Shown here piece by piece: positions 38,201-47,488 of a stretch of DNA of 58,918 nt. The DNA is taken from the IMG/VR virus record IMGVR_UViG_3300046167_000387, positions 1 to 58,918 of that record. The stretch is one strand, 5' to 3'. Position 1 is the stretch's first letter. Every line of letters begins with the position of its first letter. Position numbers and translations under genes: made by a program. The stretch is from a virus. Lineage: Duplodnaviria; Caudoviricetes. Under the pieces are notes generated by a model. That model made no database searches, was not told the DNA's origin, and was given only the letters and a program-made list of their open reading frames with translations.

Positions 38201-41200
38201 TGCTACAGAAGATGAAGTAAGTGTTGATAGAAGTGGCGCTGTAGAAAGAGGCCAAGCTACTTTTGATCAATTAGAAGTTGTTGACGATGCTTTAATCGAA
38301 GATATATCCCAAGAGTTAGAAAAAGAGATAAGAGTAAGAACGCAAAAAGGAGCATTGTCAGAAGCTCGTAAAGTTACTCAAAAAATAAAAGGTAAATCAT
38401 ACGAAACTTTAGTGTCTTGGATTGAAGACTACGTTGAAAAAACATTGTTCAAAAAATTAAGTAAAAAGTTAGGTGCTGTTGGTCAAACAAAAGACAAGAT
38501 TACTGGAGAGCAGAAAACCCGTATACCAGGTCCATACATAGACTTTTTAAACGATAAAAATACTTTTGATATAATTACTAAAGCTTTGCCTATTAAGACT
38601 CTTAAAAGTAACTATAGCAAATTATTCAAAGTAACTAAAATAGGTAGAGAAAAAACAGCAGAAGGTAATCCTATATTCAAGGTAGAGCCTACAACCCCAA
38701 AAGCTTTTTTACAATACTTTTTAGATGGTAAATATGGAACGCTTTTAGCTAGACAAAAACAGTTGTTTAGGGAAATACTTAGACCTGTAGCAAAAGAAGT
38801 TGTTGCTGATTACGCTACTCCTGAAAATTTGATTGAATTAAAATCAATACAAGAGCTTGCTCCAGCGGAATCTATAGACGCTATAGAAAACATAGTTTTA
38901 GAAACTCAGTTAGCAAACCTTGAATCAAAGTTAGATAGATACAAAGGAGAAGAAAGAAGTTTTGACGTTATACAATTTAGTAAAGAAATAGATTCTAATG
39001 CTCCAAATGTAACTAATGAATTACTTTCTTTAGCTGGCCTTAATGCTGGTACTACTTTATTAAAAGACTCTAGTCAAGGTAAACAAAAGTTTTATATAGA
39101 TAGGTTAGAAAAATACTACGAAACAAGAGAAGAATTTATGAGATTTCTACCTCCTTCTATAACAAAATTTAGAACATTAGCAGCGTCTATACTTGGTTTT
39201 GTATATAGAGAAGATGGGTCTTATTACGATTTTTATAAATATGATTACAAGAAAGCAGTTAATGAAGAAGGAGAAACGATAATAGATAAAAAGCGGCTTA
39301 ACGATTTATTCGAAAGAGGGAAAGCTTCTTTTAGAAATAAACTTCTTGATTCCAAGGGCACCGTATCCGAATACTCTGATACTACAAAAAGCCTTATAGA
39401 AGAAGTAAATAAATTAATTGAAGAAGCAGATCTAGGAAGGCTAACACCTAACCTTCACTCAGGTAGAATTGCTGCAGCTAAAGCACAATTAAATAAAAAT
39501 ATAGTTATTGAGGCCTCATTAGCTCAAGAAGTGCTAAACCACTTAGGTAAAAACAATACGCTTAACACAAAAATAGCTGAGCTATATATAAGTCTTTTAA
39601 GAGATTTTGTCAAAGCATCGAAAAACAAAAAACAAGTTAAAGCATCTGTTGTTAATATGTTATTAGCTACAAATAATACCGTTAACGGGTGGAGATCTTT
39701 ATCTTTTATATCTAGTATAATATATAACAAAAACAAAGTTACTGATTACTATTTTGAACACAATGATTCAATGAAGTTCGTTCTCCCTATTATACTTGTT
39801 CAAGTATTAGGAAAAGGCCCTATATCATTTGAAGTAGATTCTTCTTTAATACCTGTAGATTTAGCTAATACAAAAAACAAAAAGCAAAAAACTAAAGTAG
39901 GTAGCAAATCAGTTACTTATGAATTTTATAAAAAAGAATTATCTAAAGATAAAAATTTAGAAATTGTGACTATACAAGCGTCTAAGAGCGAAAGACTTAG
40001 CGTTGATGTTTACCACGGCGGAAATATACAAAAAACAGGTGACATAAATGGTATAGTTTATTTTTCAGAAGATAAAGCTCAAGCTGCAGAATATGCTAAA
40101 GGTAATTACGGAGAAGTTAAAAACTTTGTGATAAAAGCAGAAAACGTTGTTTCAGAAGAAAAAGTATTTGAAGTAATAGAAAAGCTGGGTATTCAGCCTA
40201 AAACAAAAGGTTATAAAGTAGATGAACTTAATTTATATGAGTTAATTGACCCTAGATTTGAACAAGAATCATTTTCTAAAAAAGATTTAAGTAGATTAAC
40301 TAAAGCTCTTAAAAAGAAAGGTATAAAAGCCTCTAGGTTTACTGATACTGATTTGAAAACAGGCAAAGACACTACCAATATAGTAGTGTTTGATAAGTCT
40401 GTAATTCAAGAATCTGATATTCAGTTTTCTAAAGGAATGAACGAAGTGTTTAACGACATGATCGAAGGAGCTACCGGTATTGAAACCTATAAAAGATTTT
40501 CTAAAGCTAAAGGTAAAGTAAGAGGTAGAAATAAAGGTAGATTCAAATTCTTTATTCCACCTTCAGCTGATGATTTTGCTGGACTACTATATAGATTATT
40601 AGGTAAAAAAGAACAAGGAAATCTTGATGCGGCTTGGTTTAAAGAAAAACTTTTTGATCCTTTTGCTAAAGGCATTAGAGACTTTGAAGCTTATAAGCAA
40701 AGAGCAACTAAAATTGTAGCTAAACTAAAGAAAGATATAAAAAATATACCTTCAGGTTTATCTAAAATTAATGAAACAGGTTTTACGAATGAACAAGCTG
40801 TTAGAGTATATTTATGGGTTAAAAACGGTCATGACATAGATGGATTAACCGCTACTGATCAAAAGGAGTTAATAAAAATAGTTAATGACAACCCTGCTTT
40901 AAAAAGATTTGCAGAGGAAGTTGATATTGCTTTGCAAGGTTATCCAGAACCTAATAAAGAATGGCTTGCAGGTAGCATAACTACAGACGCTATAAATATG
41001 GTTAACACTGCTAAAAGAGCAGAGTTTCTTAAAGAATGGCAAGCTAATGCTGATTTAATATTTTCAGAGCAAAATTTAAACAAACTTAGAGCTGCTTACG
41101 GCGATAATTATGTTGAAGCCTTACAAGATATGTTATACCGAATGAAGACTGGTAGAAACAGGCCTTCTGGAGCTAACAAGCTTACTAATAAGTTTATGAA

Positions 41201-42449
41201 TTGGGTAAATGATTCCGTAGGAACTATCATGTTCTTTAACACTAGATCAGCGCTACTTCAGACATTGTCTATAGCTAACTTTATTAATTGGGGAGACAAC
41301 AATCCAGCTAAAGCAGCAATGGCTTTTGCAAATCAAAAACAATTTTGGGCTGATTTTGCAATGCTGTTTAATTCAGATTTCTTAAAACAAAGGAGATCCG
41401 GATTAAAAACCGATGTCAATGCTGATGATATTGCAAGTGCAGCTGAAACCTCTACTAATAAAGCAAAAGCAGTTTTAGCTTCGTTATTAAAAATGGGATT
41501 CTTACCTACGCAAATGGCAGATAGTTTCGCTATTGCAATGGGTGGGGCTTCATTTATAAGGAACAGGATCAACGCTCTTAAGAAAGAAGGCATGACAGAA
41601 GCAGAAGCTATGGATAAAGCGTTCTTAGATTTTCAAGAAATAGCAGAAGAGACACAACAGTCTTCAAGACCAGATAGAATATCTCAACAACAAGCTAGTC
41701 CATTAGGCCGTATTATATTAGCATTTGCGAATACTCCTATGCAATATATGAGATTAACTAAAAAAGCTTTCTTGGATCTTAAAAACGGACGTGGAGATAA
41801 AAGAACTAATATATCAAAGATAGCTTATTATATGTTTGTACAAAACATAATATTCTCCGCTCTACAAACAGCTTTATTTTCAGCCTTGTTTGACGACGAT
41901 GAAGAAGAGCTTGACAAAAAAGAAATAAGAATAGCTAATTCAATGCTTGACAGTATTCTTAGAGGAGTTGGGGTTTATGGAGCAATTGTATCTACAGGTA
42001 AAAACATATACTTAGAAATAGATAAGCAGTCTAAAAAACCTAAACCAGATTTTACTCAAGCAGCTATTAGATCTTTAGATTTATCACCACCTATATCTTC
42101 AAAGATTAGAAAACTTATGAGTGCAGGTAGGGCTTTTAGCTTTAAAACCACAAGAGAAAAGATGGTGGGATTCGATTTAGATAATCCAGCTATATATGCA
42201 GGAGGACAAGTTGTTTCTGCATTGACAAATATACCTTTAGATAGAGCTATTAAAAAAGCGGACAACTTAAGGACAGCTGTTGATAATGATACTAAATTTT
42301 GGCAATCTGTGGCTCTTACTTTGGGTTATAGTAAATGGGATTTAGGATTAGTAGAAACATCTAAAACTAAAGGTAAGAAAAGTAAATTTGGAGTAACAAG
42401 TAGCTGGAAACGACCGGTTAAAAAAAGAAAATTCAAAAGAGGGGAATAA
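35211..42449 (+). CDS. giant polyvalent (putative ejected) protein: Gly/Ala TM-like region, HExxH peptidase, sigma region-2-like and ART-like domains
   Basis: GA-rich segment, SHEVLH at 37134-37151, sigma-like 37935-38147, VYHG...YFS...IVVFD at 40008-40394. Confidence 0.75.
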   Translation: MEKLFKVLSEQGKYTKSLEDFQTQFGSIEGQKKLYGALEGAGDYTKSFEDFSNQFFSSDVAKINDSASADPTVESSVMGFKSENGSSELPNEKNTWLENFFGEEEDAEDKLFGAVDFVSDLWRSGKGGWAVGASVDESFDLFKSEGGLSEEDAAALVEAGRNVESYGSTNEQIAASNKMKKLQEEGYSGVGAFITAYWDNPSALASTMTSSLAMMASSFFDSEEVRYSAAAGSGVGAATGAAGGAATGAVFGGIGAVPGAIIGAKLGAVSGAMSGITAAMETGLTTAQLLEEQAISTGLDWGVMTDKQRINFVMSLTKDKEQFDDLKNKALARGLTIGGVDFVVSMATFGVGKLVSGRIAGTAVSALTKPITGLARGTTESVGAGVGEYLGQKAAGQEFNFEEIALEALADKQATVISAVKNIRKGNPSYKLNGEKMNGKRFSEQLKIMDDVAIVEARIEVENSPGVQKLVDNRRQNISADQKVDSSINGVEDRAEAIRLTKEKNKLQKNKEGNKSKLEKVDAALNTIIEKYADSDADVTIQERQEAVAAAVETKFETEFNKNYKALKDKQKETGIEPIIFEDDNLFAETAAKDLNVTKEYILKEAPEGVFVGGGKVYINKNQAKRSINIATGNNGAISVTSHEVLHPIFNALIGGAKSQGQFVKQFKKQMTSKQKAYVNKRLKSSYKNNPSAEAIELMNIFSDGIIKNDISYDRTTFEKLGDSITSLFRSAIGLKTNEISFEDGRGVFNFLKEYNTSVKAGKLSDKAISAIKEAETKKKTTVAKAKLLGQTQFSISVEQAEANLQAAEDADPNDPSYLDNLEKAEIALEEAEEAAKAPKPVTEPVVKKEVKPKAKVARPEKPTRTTDLGPRDPISKKIMSTYNEDMEGVDRPEYKANKPLPSSLERKLIPLFEGYINTIVQQKFKQASPEALEFQDALSILRAEVSNAIRTFNPAKNKDLAGYVKKIVQTRQSLMFKDASKEFTSDIEGDAAKGVVATEDEVSVDRSGAVERGQATFDQLEVVDDALIEDISQELEKEIRVRTQKGALSEARKVTQKIKGKSYETLVSWIEDYVEKTLFKKLSKKLGAVGQTKDKITGEQKTRIPGPYIDFLNDKNTFDIITKALPIKTLKSNYSKLFKVTKIGREKTAEGNPIFKVEPTTPKAFLQYFLDGKYGTLLARQKQLFREILRPVAKEVVADYATPENLIELKSIQELAPAESIDAIENIVLETQLANLESKLDRYKGEERSFDVIQFSKEIDSNAPNVTNELLSLAGLNAGTTLLKDSSQGKQKFYIDRLEKYYETREEFMRFLPPSITKFRTLAASILGFVYREDGSYYDFYKYDYKKAVNEEGETIIDKKRLNDLFERGKASFRNKLLDSKGTVSEYSDTTKSLIEEVNKLIEEADLGRLTPNLHSGRIAAAKAQLNKNIVIEASLAQEVLNHLGKNNTLNTKIAELYISLLRDFVKASKNKKQVKASVVNMLLATNNTVNGWRSLSFISSIIYNKNKVTDYYFEHNDSMKFVLPIILVQVLGKGPISFEVDSSLIPVDLANTKNKKQKTKVGSKSVTYEFYKKELSKDKNLEIVTIQASKSERLSVDVYHGGNIQKTGDINGIVYFSEDKAQAAEYAKGNYGEVKNFVIKAENVVSEEKVFEVIEKLGIQPKTKGYKVDELNLYELIDPRFEQESFSKKDLSRLTKALKKKGIKASRFTDTDLKTGKDTTNIVVFDKSVIQESDIQFSKGMNEVFNDMIEGATGIETYKRFSKAKGKVRGRNKGRFKFFIPPSADDFAGLLYRLLGKKEQGNLDAAWFKEKLFDPFAKGIRDFEAYKQRATKIVAKLKKDIKNIPSGLSKINETGFTNEQAVRVYLWVKNGHDIDGLTATDQKELIKIVNDNPALKRFAEEVDIALQGYPEPNKEWLAGSITTDAINMVNTAKRAEFLKEWQANADLIFSEQNLNKLRAAYGDNYVEALQDMLYRMKTGRNRPSGANKLTNKFMNWVNDSVGTIMFFNTRSALLQTLSIANFINWGDNNPAKAAMAFANQKQFWADFAMLFNSDFLKQRRSGLKTDVNADDIASAAETSTNKAKAVLASLLKMGFLPTQMADSFAIAMGGASFIRNRINALKKEGMTEAEAMDKAFLDFQEIAEETQQSSRPDRISQQQASPLGRIILAFANTPMQYMRLTKKAFLDLKNGRGDKRTNISKIAYYMFVQNIIFSALQTALFSALFDDDEEELDKKEIRIANSMLDSILRGVGVYGAIVSTGKNIYLEIDKQSKKPKPDFTQAAIRSLDLSPPISSKIRKLMSAGRAFSFKTTREKMVGFDLDNPAIYAGGQVVSALTNIPLDRAIKKADNLRTAVDNDTKFWQSVALTLGYSKWDLGLVETSKTKGKKSKFGVTSSWKRPVKKRKFKRGE

Positions 42450-42450
42450 T

Positions 42451-42612
42451 ATGAATGCAAGTGGATTAAGACTTTACATTATAAACGGCAGCGCGGTCAG
42501 TGTAGTTAATTTTTCACAAATAGAAGATTGGCTAAAAATAATATTATTAATAGTTACTATAGGCTACACCGTAACTAAGTGGTCTAGAATAAAAGACGAA
42601 GAAGATGAGTAA
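42451..42612 (+). CDS. putative holin (53 aa)
   Basis: Hand-translated; TM helix WLKIILLIVTIGYTVTKW, charged tail, overlaps endolysin start. Confidence 0.6.
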   Translation: MNASGLRLYIINGSAVSVVNFSQIEDWLKIILLIVTIGYTVTKWSRIKDEEDE

Positions 42613-42928
42613 ATATTTTAAAGACAAAGAAGAGAATATGAATGTAGATTTTCTTGCTAAATTAGACGAAGCAAGAGAATACGCTAATATACCTTTTATT
42701 ATTAACTCTGCTTACAGAAGTCCAGAACACCCTTTATCAATTAAAAATCCTTCATCAAGTCATATAAAAGGGTTAGCGGTAGATATTAGTGCAAAAGACA
42801 GTAGAACACGTTTTTTAATAGTGGACGCTTTATTAGCAGTAGGATTCAGCCGTATAGGAATAGCGGATAGCTTTATCCATGTTGATTCCGACCTAGATAA
42901 ATCTCAAAACGTAATTTGGACATACTAA
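42605..42928 (+). CDS. endolysin, peptidase M15 family
   Basis: SAYRS..H, SSHIKGLAVDI, FIHVD zinc motifs. Confidence 0.88.
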   Translation: MSKYFKDKEENMNVDFLAKLDEAREYANIPFIINSAYRSPEHPLSIKNPSSSHIKGLAVDISAKDSRTRFLIVDALLAVGFSRIGIADSFIHVDSDLDKSQNVIWTY

Positions 42929-42939
42929 AAAATAAAAAT

Positions 42940-43152
42940 ATGAGAACAAAAGGAACAGGACCCCAGGGATTAGGTGTAAAAGGCAACAACGGATACAAAA
43001 TAGGATCGGAAGATGCGCCTACAAAGAAAAAAGACGCTTGCTACTCAAAAGTAAAAAGTAGATATAAGAAATGGCCTTCAGCATACGCTAGTGGAGCTTT
43101 AGTTAAATGTAGAAAAATTGGTGCTGCTAATTGGGGAAATAAATCTAAATAA
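42940..43152 (+). CDS. small basic conserved phage protein
   Basis: DACYSKVKSRYKKWPSAYASGALVKCRK. Confidence 0.7.
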   Translation: MRTKGTGPQGLGVKGNNGYKIGSEDAPTKKKDACYSKVKSRYKKWPSAYASGALVKCRKIGAANWGNKSK

Positions 43153-43153
43153 T

Positions 43154-43378
43154 ATGGCTTATAAAAATAATACTCCATTTACAAACTTAAATCGCTGGTT
43201 TAAAGAAAAATGGGAAACACCTAGCGGTAAGAAAGATTATAGCGGAGGGGAAAATACTTTTAGACCTACAAGAAGAGTAAGTAGCAAAACTCCGAAAACC
43301 TGGAGCGAAGTTACACCAGCTTCTAAAGCTAAAGCGCAAAAAGAAAAAAATACTAAAGGTAGAGTTACTAAGTATTAA
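43154..43378 (+). CDS. small basic conserved phage protein
   Basis: LNRWFKEKW, RP..RVS.KTPKT. Confidence 0.7.
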   Translation: MAYKNNTPFTNLNRWFKEKWETPSGKKDYSGGENTFRPTRRVSSKTPKTWSEVTPASKAKAQKEKNTKGRVTKY

Positions 43379-43383
43379 AAATA

Positions 43384-43418
43384 AAAAAACGCCAGTAATT
43401 AATTTTACTGGCGTTTTT
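43384..43418. terminator. bidirectional intrinsic terminator between convergent arms
   Basis: AAAAAACGCCAGTAA-TTAATT-TTACTGGCGTTTTT. Confidence 0.88.
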
Positions 43419-43436
43419 AATTATATGTATAGCATA

Positions 43437-45161
43437 TTAGCCATCACAAGCTAAACAATCTTCATTCATAGCGTTAGCTGCAATGTCTCCACGTAAAACA
43501 CTTTCAGTTCTAGTGTAATATAAAGTTTTAACACCTTTTTTCCAAGCATCGAAATGAACTTTGTTCAACCACTTTGGAGTGGCTTCGGATGGAAAAGCTA
43601 GGTTTAAGCTTACGGCTTGATCTATGTACTGTTGACGTATTCCAGCTTGATTAACTAACTCTAGCTGATTGATCTCCTTAAACGTTTTAAAAACGTCTTT
43701 AATAAGCACATCGTGATCTCCAATTAGTACATTTTCAAGTTCATCAATACCTTGTATAGATCCACCATCTTCTAATATCTTATTCCATATTTTAGAAGTA
43801 TTAAGATTTATATCTTCAAGAGCTTTTTCTAATGTAGGATTTTTCCTAATAAAAGTACCATTAGCCCCTTGCTCTGTAAACACGTTAGCTGCCCAAGGTT
43901 CTATTCCTGGTGAAACATTCCCACTAAGCTTACTATTAGATACAGTGGGAGCAACAGCACGCAAGTGAGTATTACGCATACCAGTACCAGCACACCACAA
44001 AGGCTCACCATAATCTTCAGCAAGAGCCATAGAAGCCCTTTCACTCTCAATTTTAATTTGCGAAAATATTTTCCTAGTCGCAAACTGAGAAAGTAAACCT
44101 TCGAAAGAAATACCTCTGTCTTGGAGATACGTATGCCATCCGAGGACTCCCAGACCCAAAGCCCGTCCTTTTTGCGCGGACCTAATACTATTCTCAAATC
44201 CCCGTAAACCTTTTGCTCTCTGAATAAATTCTTCCATAACTCCGTCAAGAAAGTAAATAGAGTCATATATAAGGTTAGTGTCTTTCCATTCTTCATACTT
44301 TGCTAAATTTAATGATGATAAACAACATACAAAACTGTGTGTCTCATCGGTGTGTAATGCTATTTCGCTACATATATTAGTCATATGTACTTTTAATCCG
44401 TTTTCTTTATATGCTTTTGGATTTGCCTTGTTAACATTCCCTTTAAACATAATATACGGTTCTCCAGTTGCTTTTCGTTTTCTAAGAAGTTTACTCCATC
44501 TAGATCGAGCATTCTTATCTCCTTGTTCAAGGCGTCGCATAAACTTATCACCCACAACTGCACACTGATGTAGATTAAGCGATTGTCTGTTGACATCTCC
44601 TTTAGGTTCTCTAATTTCAAGCCACTCTTCAAAGTCATCGTGTTCAATGTTGATGTTAACCGATGCAGCTCCTCGTCTGACTGATCCTTGATTAGTCGCG
44701 AGTATTGTGCTATCATAGATTTTGCAAAAAGGGACAACTCCGTCTGATGTTCCATTACCTGTAATTTTAGCGCCAGCGGGTCTAATTTGATTTATTCCGA
44801 TACCCACTCCACCTCCGTGCTTAGCGAGTAGCATCATTTCTAGATTTTTTTGACCGATATCTTGTATGCTATCAGCGACATCAATACCGAAGCAGCTAAT
44901 AGGTAAGCCACGATCGGTCCCTGTGTTACTAAGAACCGGACTAGCAAGACATAGCCAACCGTTCCAAATATAATTAAAAAACGTTTCGGCCATTTCTGGT
45001 TTATCCAACCGCCTAGCAACTGCATTAGCGACCCTATAGTATGCTTCTTTAGGCGTCTCTCCGTTATATAAATATCCCCCGGATATTGTCTTCTTGTATA
45101 CGTCTGTATCACCCCACGTAGGGTAATCTTCTCCTTTAATCCAATTTTCATTCCAACTCAT
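43437..45161 (-). CDS. nrdA: ribonucleotide reductase class I alpha, no ATP cone
   Basis: PISCF, TNICSEI, APTVSNS, KTLYY, C-terminal CLAC. Confidence 0.95.
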   Translation of the reverse strand: MSWNENWIKGEDYPTWGDTDVYKKTISGGYLYNGETPKEAYYRVANAVARRLDKPEMAETFFNYIWNGWLCLASPVLSNTGTDRGLPISCFGIDVADSIQDIGQKNLEMMLLAKHGGGVGIGINQIRPAGAKITGNGTSDGVVPFCKIYDSTILATNQGSVRRGAASVNINIEHDDFEEWLEIREPKGDVNRQSLNLHQCAVVGDKFMRRLEQGDKNARSRWSKLLRKRKATGEPYIMFKGNVNKANPKAYKENGLKVHMTNICSEIALHTDETHSFVCCLSSLNLAKYEEWKDTNLIYDSIYFLDGVMEEFIQRAKGLRGFENSIRSAQKGRALGLGVLGWHTYLQDRGISFEGLLSQFATRKIFSQIKIESERASMALAEDYGEPLWCAGTGMRNTHLRAVAPTVSNSKLSGNVSPGIEPWAANVFTEQGANGTFIRKNPTLEKALEDINLNTSKIWNKILEDGGSIQGIDELENVLIGDHDVLIKDVFKTFKEINQLELVNQAGIRQQYIDQAVSLNLAFPSEATPKWLNKVHFDAWKKGVKTLYYTRTESVLRGDIAANAMNEDCLACDG

Positions 45162-45440
45162 TTACGTTAAATATAGTATTATGTAAGCTATTGCTACGTT
45201 TAAATTAACTGCGACTAAATTCCATTGCTTAGCCACAAACACTTGGGGTATTGATATTACACCTGCTATTACATATGTAATCATACCTATTTTATCGGGT
45301 AGTAAATGAGGACTCATCATCATAAATGAAGTCCCCATGTATCCTAGTCTACTCGAAAGTCTTTCCACTGGTGTCAGCTTCTTCTGCCTTACCAGATTCT
45401 GCAACCACTTTTTCTTTAAGTTTTTCGATAGCTTGCTCAT
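45162..45440 (-). CDS. small membrane protein
   Basis: Hydrophobic helices. Confidence 0.6.
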   Translation of the reverse strand: MSKLSKNLKKKWLQNLVRQKKLTPVERLSSRLGYMGTSFMMMSPHLLPDKIGMITYVIAGVISIPQVFVAKQWNLVAVNLNVAIAYIILYLT

Positions 45441-45588
45441 AGCCTTCCATATTTTTAATTGTTTCTAATGTACCTATTGATAGATCTTTTAAATAAGATA
45501 ATTCATTTATCATTTGCTGAATAACATTGGTTGTTGCAGCCATACGTTTTTCTAAATTATCTACTCTACTCTGTTTCTGTCCGTTCAT
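45349..45588 (-). CDS. coiled-coil hypothetical protein
   Basis: ORF track. Confidence 0.55.
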   Translation of the reverse strand: MNGQKQSRVDNLEKRMAATTNVIQQMINELSYLKDLSIGTLETIKNMEGYEQAIEKLKEKVVAESGKAEEADTSGKTFE

Positions 45589-45626
45589 ATAATTGTTTTT
45601 CTATTTCTTTTTGTGTTATATCTAAA

Positions 45627-46595
45627 TCACCAAATGTCCTCAAAGTTCTCTCCCTCGCTAGCTTTCGAATAATCCGTTGGCCTAAGTGCGAAAAAATCAG
45701 TATGAGTGACCCCGCCGGTAAGATGATAGAACCAATCAAGATTAGCCGCTGCCTTCTCGTCATAAGCGAAATAATTTCCAAGGTCGACGTAACCGAGTTC
45801 CACAAGTTTTTCATTTGTTCTCTTTTTTATAAAATGCTTTAGATCGTTAGCTGATATTCCTTCTATATCACCCATCTCAAACATTTTGTTAATATAATTT
45901 GTTTCTAAGGAAACCATTGTTTCTGCAGCTTTTATTATATCTTCTCGACATAAATGCAGTAGTTGATCATCTTCTTCGCACATATGACGAAATAATTGAC
46001 AACCCATTTTGCTGTGTAAAGATTCATCTCTTACTGACCACTTCATTTGTTGCCCAATACCTTTAAGCAGGTTTCTAAGCTGAAAAGAATAAAGTACCGC
46101 AAAAGCAGAATATAAAGAAACCCCTTCGGCAAATGCAGAAAAAACAGCAAGAGACTTAGCGATACCAGTTCTACTGTTGCCAGTATAAGATACAAGATTA
46201 TCAAATCTTTCCGCTGTAGCAGGCTCATGTAAAAACGCCTCATAATCTTCTAGTTTTAATGTTTCGTTTAAATAACTATATGCAACTGCATGTATTGTTT
46301 CTTGCGAACCAAACATCATTGCCATTTGCTGTATTTCGTGTTTAGGAAACCACGATACGACGTTCTGGGTCCAGTAATCTGAAACGGCACATTCGGTTTG
46401 CGCGAATCCAAGAAGTATGTTCCCAACAAGGTTTTTTTCTTTTTCATCTAATTTTTCTTTCCAATCTTTAATATCGCCTTGCATTGAGATTTCTGTGTGT
46501 AACCAAAATGCTTGAGCTTGTTTTAACCAGCCTTCTGTGTAGTACTCAGGGTACTCAAAAGGTTTATATGCTATTCTTTCATCGAATAATCCCAT
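45627..46595 (-). CDS. nrdB: ribonucleotide reductase class I beta
   Basis: QTECAV, ETIHAVAY, FAEG, RDESLH. Confidence 0.95.
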   Translation of the reverse strand: MGLFDERIAYKPFEYPEYYTEGWLKQAQAFWLHTEISMQGDIKDWKEKLDEKEKNLVGNILLGFAQTECAVSDYWTQNVVSWFPKHEIQQMAMMFGSQETIHAVAYSYLNETLKLEDYEAFLHEPATAERFDNLVSYTGNSRTGIAKSLAVFSAFAEGVSLYSAFAVLYSFQLRNLLKGIGQQMKWSVRDESLHSKMGCQLFRHMCEEDDQLLHLCREDIIKAAETMVSLETNYINKMFEMGDIEGISANDLKHFIKKRTNEKLVELGYVDLGNYFAYDEKAAANLDWFYHLTGGVTHTDFFALRPTDYSKASEGENFEDIW

Positions 46596-46596
46596 A

Positions 46597-46761
46597 TTAC
46601 TGTATCATAAATTTAATAGTTGATAATTCATTTTCCCAGGCGCTTATATAAGCTACCATATCTTTTTTAGAAGTCTTTAAGGACACTTGTTTTATTTCTG
46701 ATAGTACATTATCTAAAAATAAATTTATTACCTCAAACTTCATTCTAACTTCGTCATCCAT
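46597..46761 (-). CDS. 54-aa hypothetical protein
   Basis: Hand-translated MDDEVRMKFEV... Confidence 0.5.
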   Translation of the reverse strand: MDDEVRMKFEVINLFLDNVLSEIKQVSLKTSKKDMVAYISAWENELSTIKFMIQ

Positions 46762-46909
46762 AAATATAAAAAGCTATATCTATAAATGGTAAGTAAAGCA
46801 CATGGATATTTCTATCTTCTTGCTTATAGGTCCTAACACCGAACAATATACCGGGATACATACCGATTTCTATTGCCCATGCTTTTTTACTGTCATCTTG
46901 TTTGTCCAT
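46754..46909 (-). CDS. 51-aa hypothetical protein
   Basis: Hand-translated MDKQ...IGMYPGILFGVRTY...HVLYLPFIDI. Confidence 0.55.
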   Translation of the reverse strand: MDKQDDSKKAWAIEIGMYPGILFGVRTYKQEDRNIHVLYLPFIDIAFYIYG

Positions 46910-47075
46910 AACACTGTATATCGTATTTAGTTTGTAGTTCTTTTATATCTTTGTATTTAACTTTACCTTTAATTTCCCAACTCCATTTAACAAACTTATC
47001 AATCTGCCGCTCAGCGTATTTTTGTTTAGCTATCCTTTTTGCTTCTCTAGGATTAACCGTACCGTTTCGTCGCAT
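46893..47075 (-). CDS. hypothetical protein
   Basis: ORF track. Confidence 0.5.
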   Translation of the reverse strand: MRRNGTVNPREAKRIAKQKYAERQIDKFVKWSWEIKGKVKYKDIKELQTKYDIQCYGQTR

Positions 47076-47488
47076 TCTTTTTGGTTTTGAGGTTTGTATA
47101 ACGTGTGTCCAGGGAATTGTTTAGATACTAATAACTTAAACATTTTCCATCGCATCGGAAATGATTCATTTGCTCTACCTTTAGTTTCAATTATGAAATC
47201 ATCACCAATAAAATCGGGTGTATATTTAATAGGTAGTATTCTTTTACAACCTCTATTTTTGTAATCACCTTTACCATTAGCTTGTCTTTCATAAACTTCG
47301 TTTTCAAAATGGAAACCAGATAGCAGAACAAAAGTTTCTCCTTCGTACTTGGTTTTTATTTTAGCTTTTCTTAAAGCTATATACATATACTTTTCCAGCC
47401 CGGAAGCAAAGTCGATACCATCATATGATACCTTCTTCGCTCTCACTGGTCCGCGCTTGCCGCTTCTTCTTTTAAATTGTTTTTTCAT
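47030..47488 (-). CDS. PD-(D/E)xK endonuclease (T7 endonuclease I-like)
   Basis: FASGLE, YTPDF, IIETKG. Confidence 0.8.
   Translation of the reverse strand: MKKQFKRRSGKRGPVRAKKVSYDGIDFASGLEKYMYIALRKAKIKTKYEGETFVLLSGFHFENEVYERQANGKGDYKNRGCKRILPIKYTPDFIGDDFIIETKGRANESFPMRWKMFKLLVSKQFPGHTLYKPQNQKECDETVRLILEKQKG

Noticed and set aside
7530-42265. Many minus-strand ORFs inside the late arm and alternative-frame ORFs in the RNR and primase genes
   Set aside because: Antisense or shadow frames of well-supported genes, with low-complexity F/L/S-rich translations
35211-42449. Virion RNA polymerase (N4- or crAss-type) in the giant protein
   Set aside because: I saw no DFDID/DxDGD-type catalytic motif or T7-like motifs; an HMM search is still advisable
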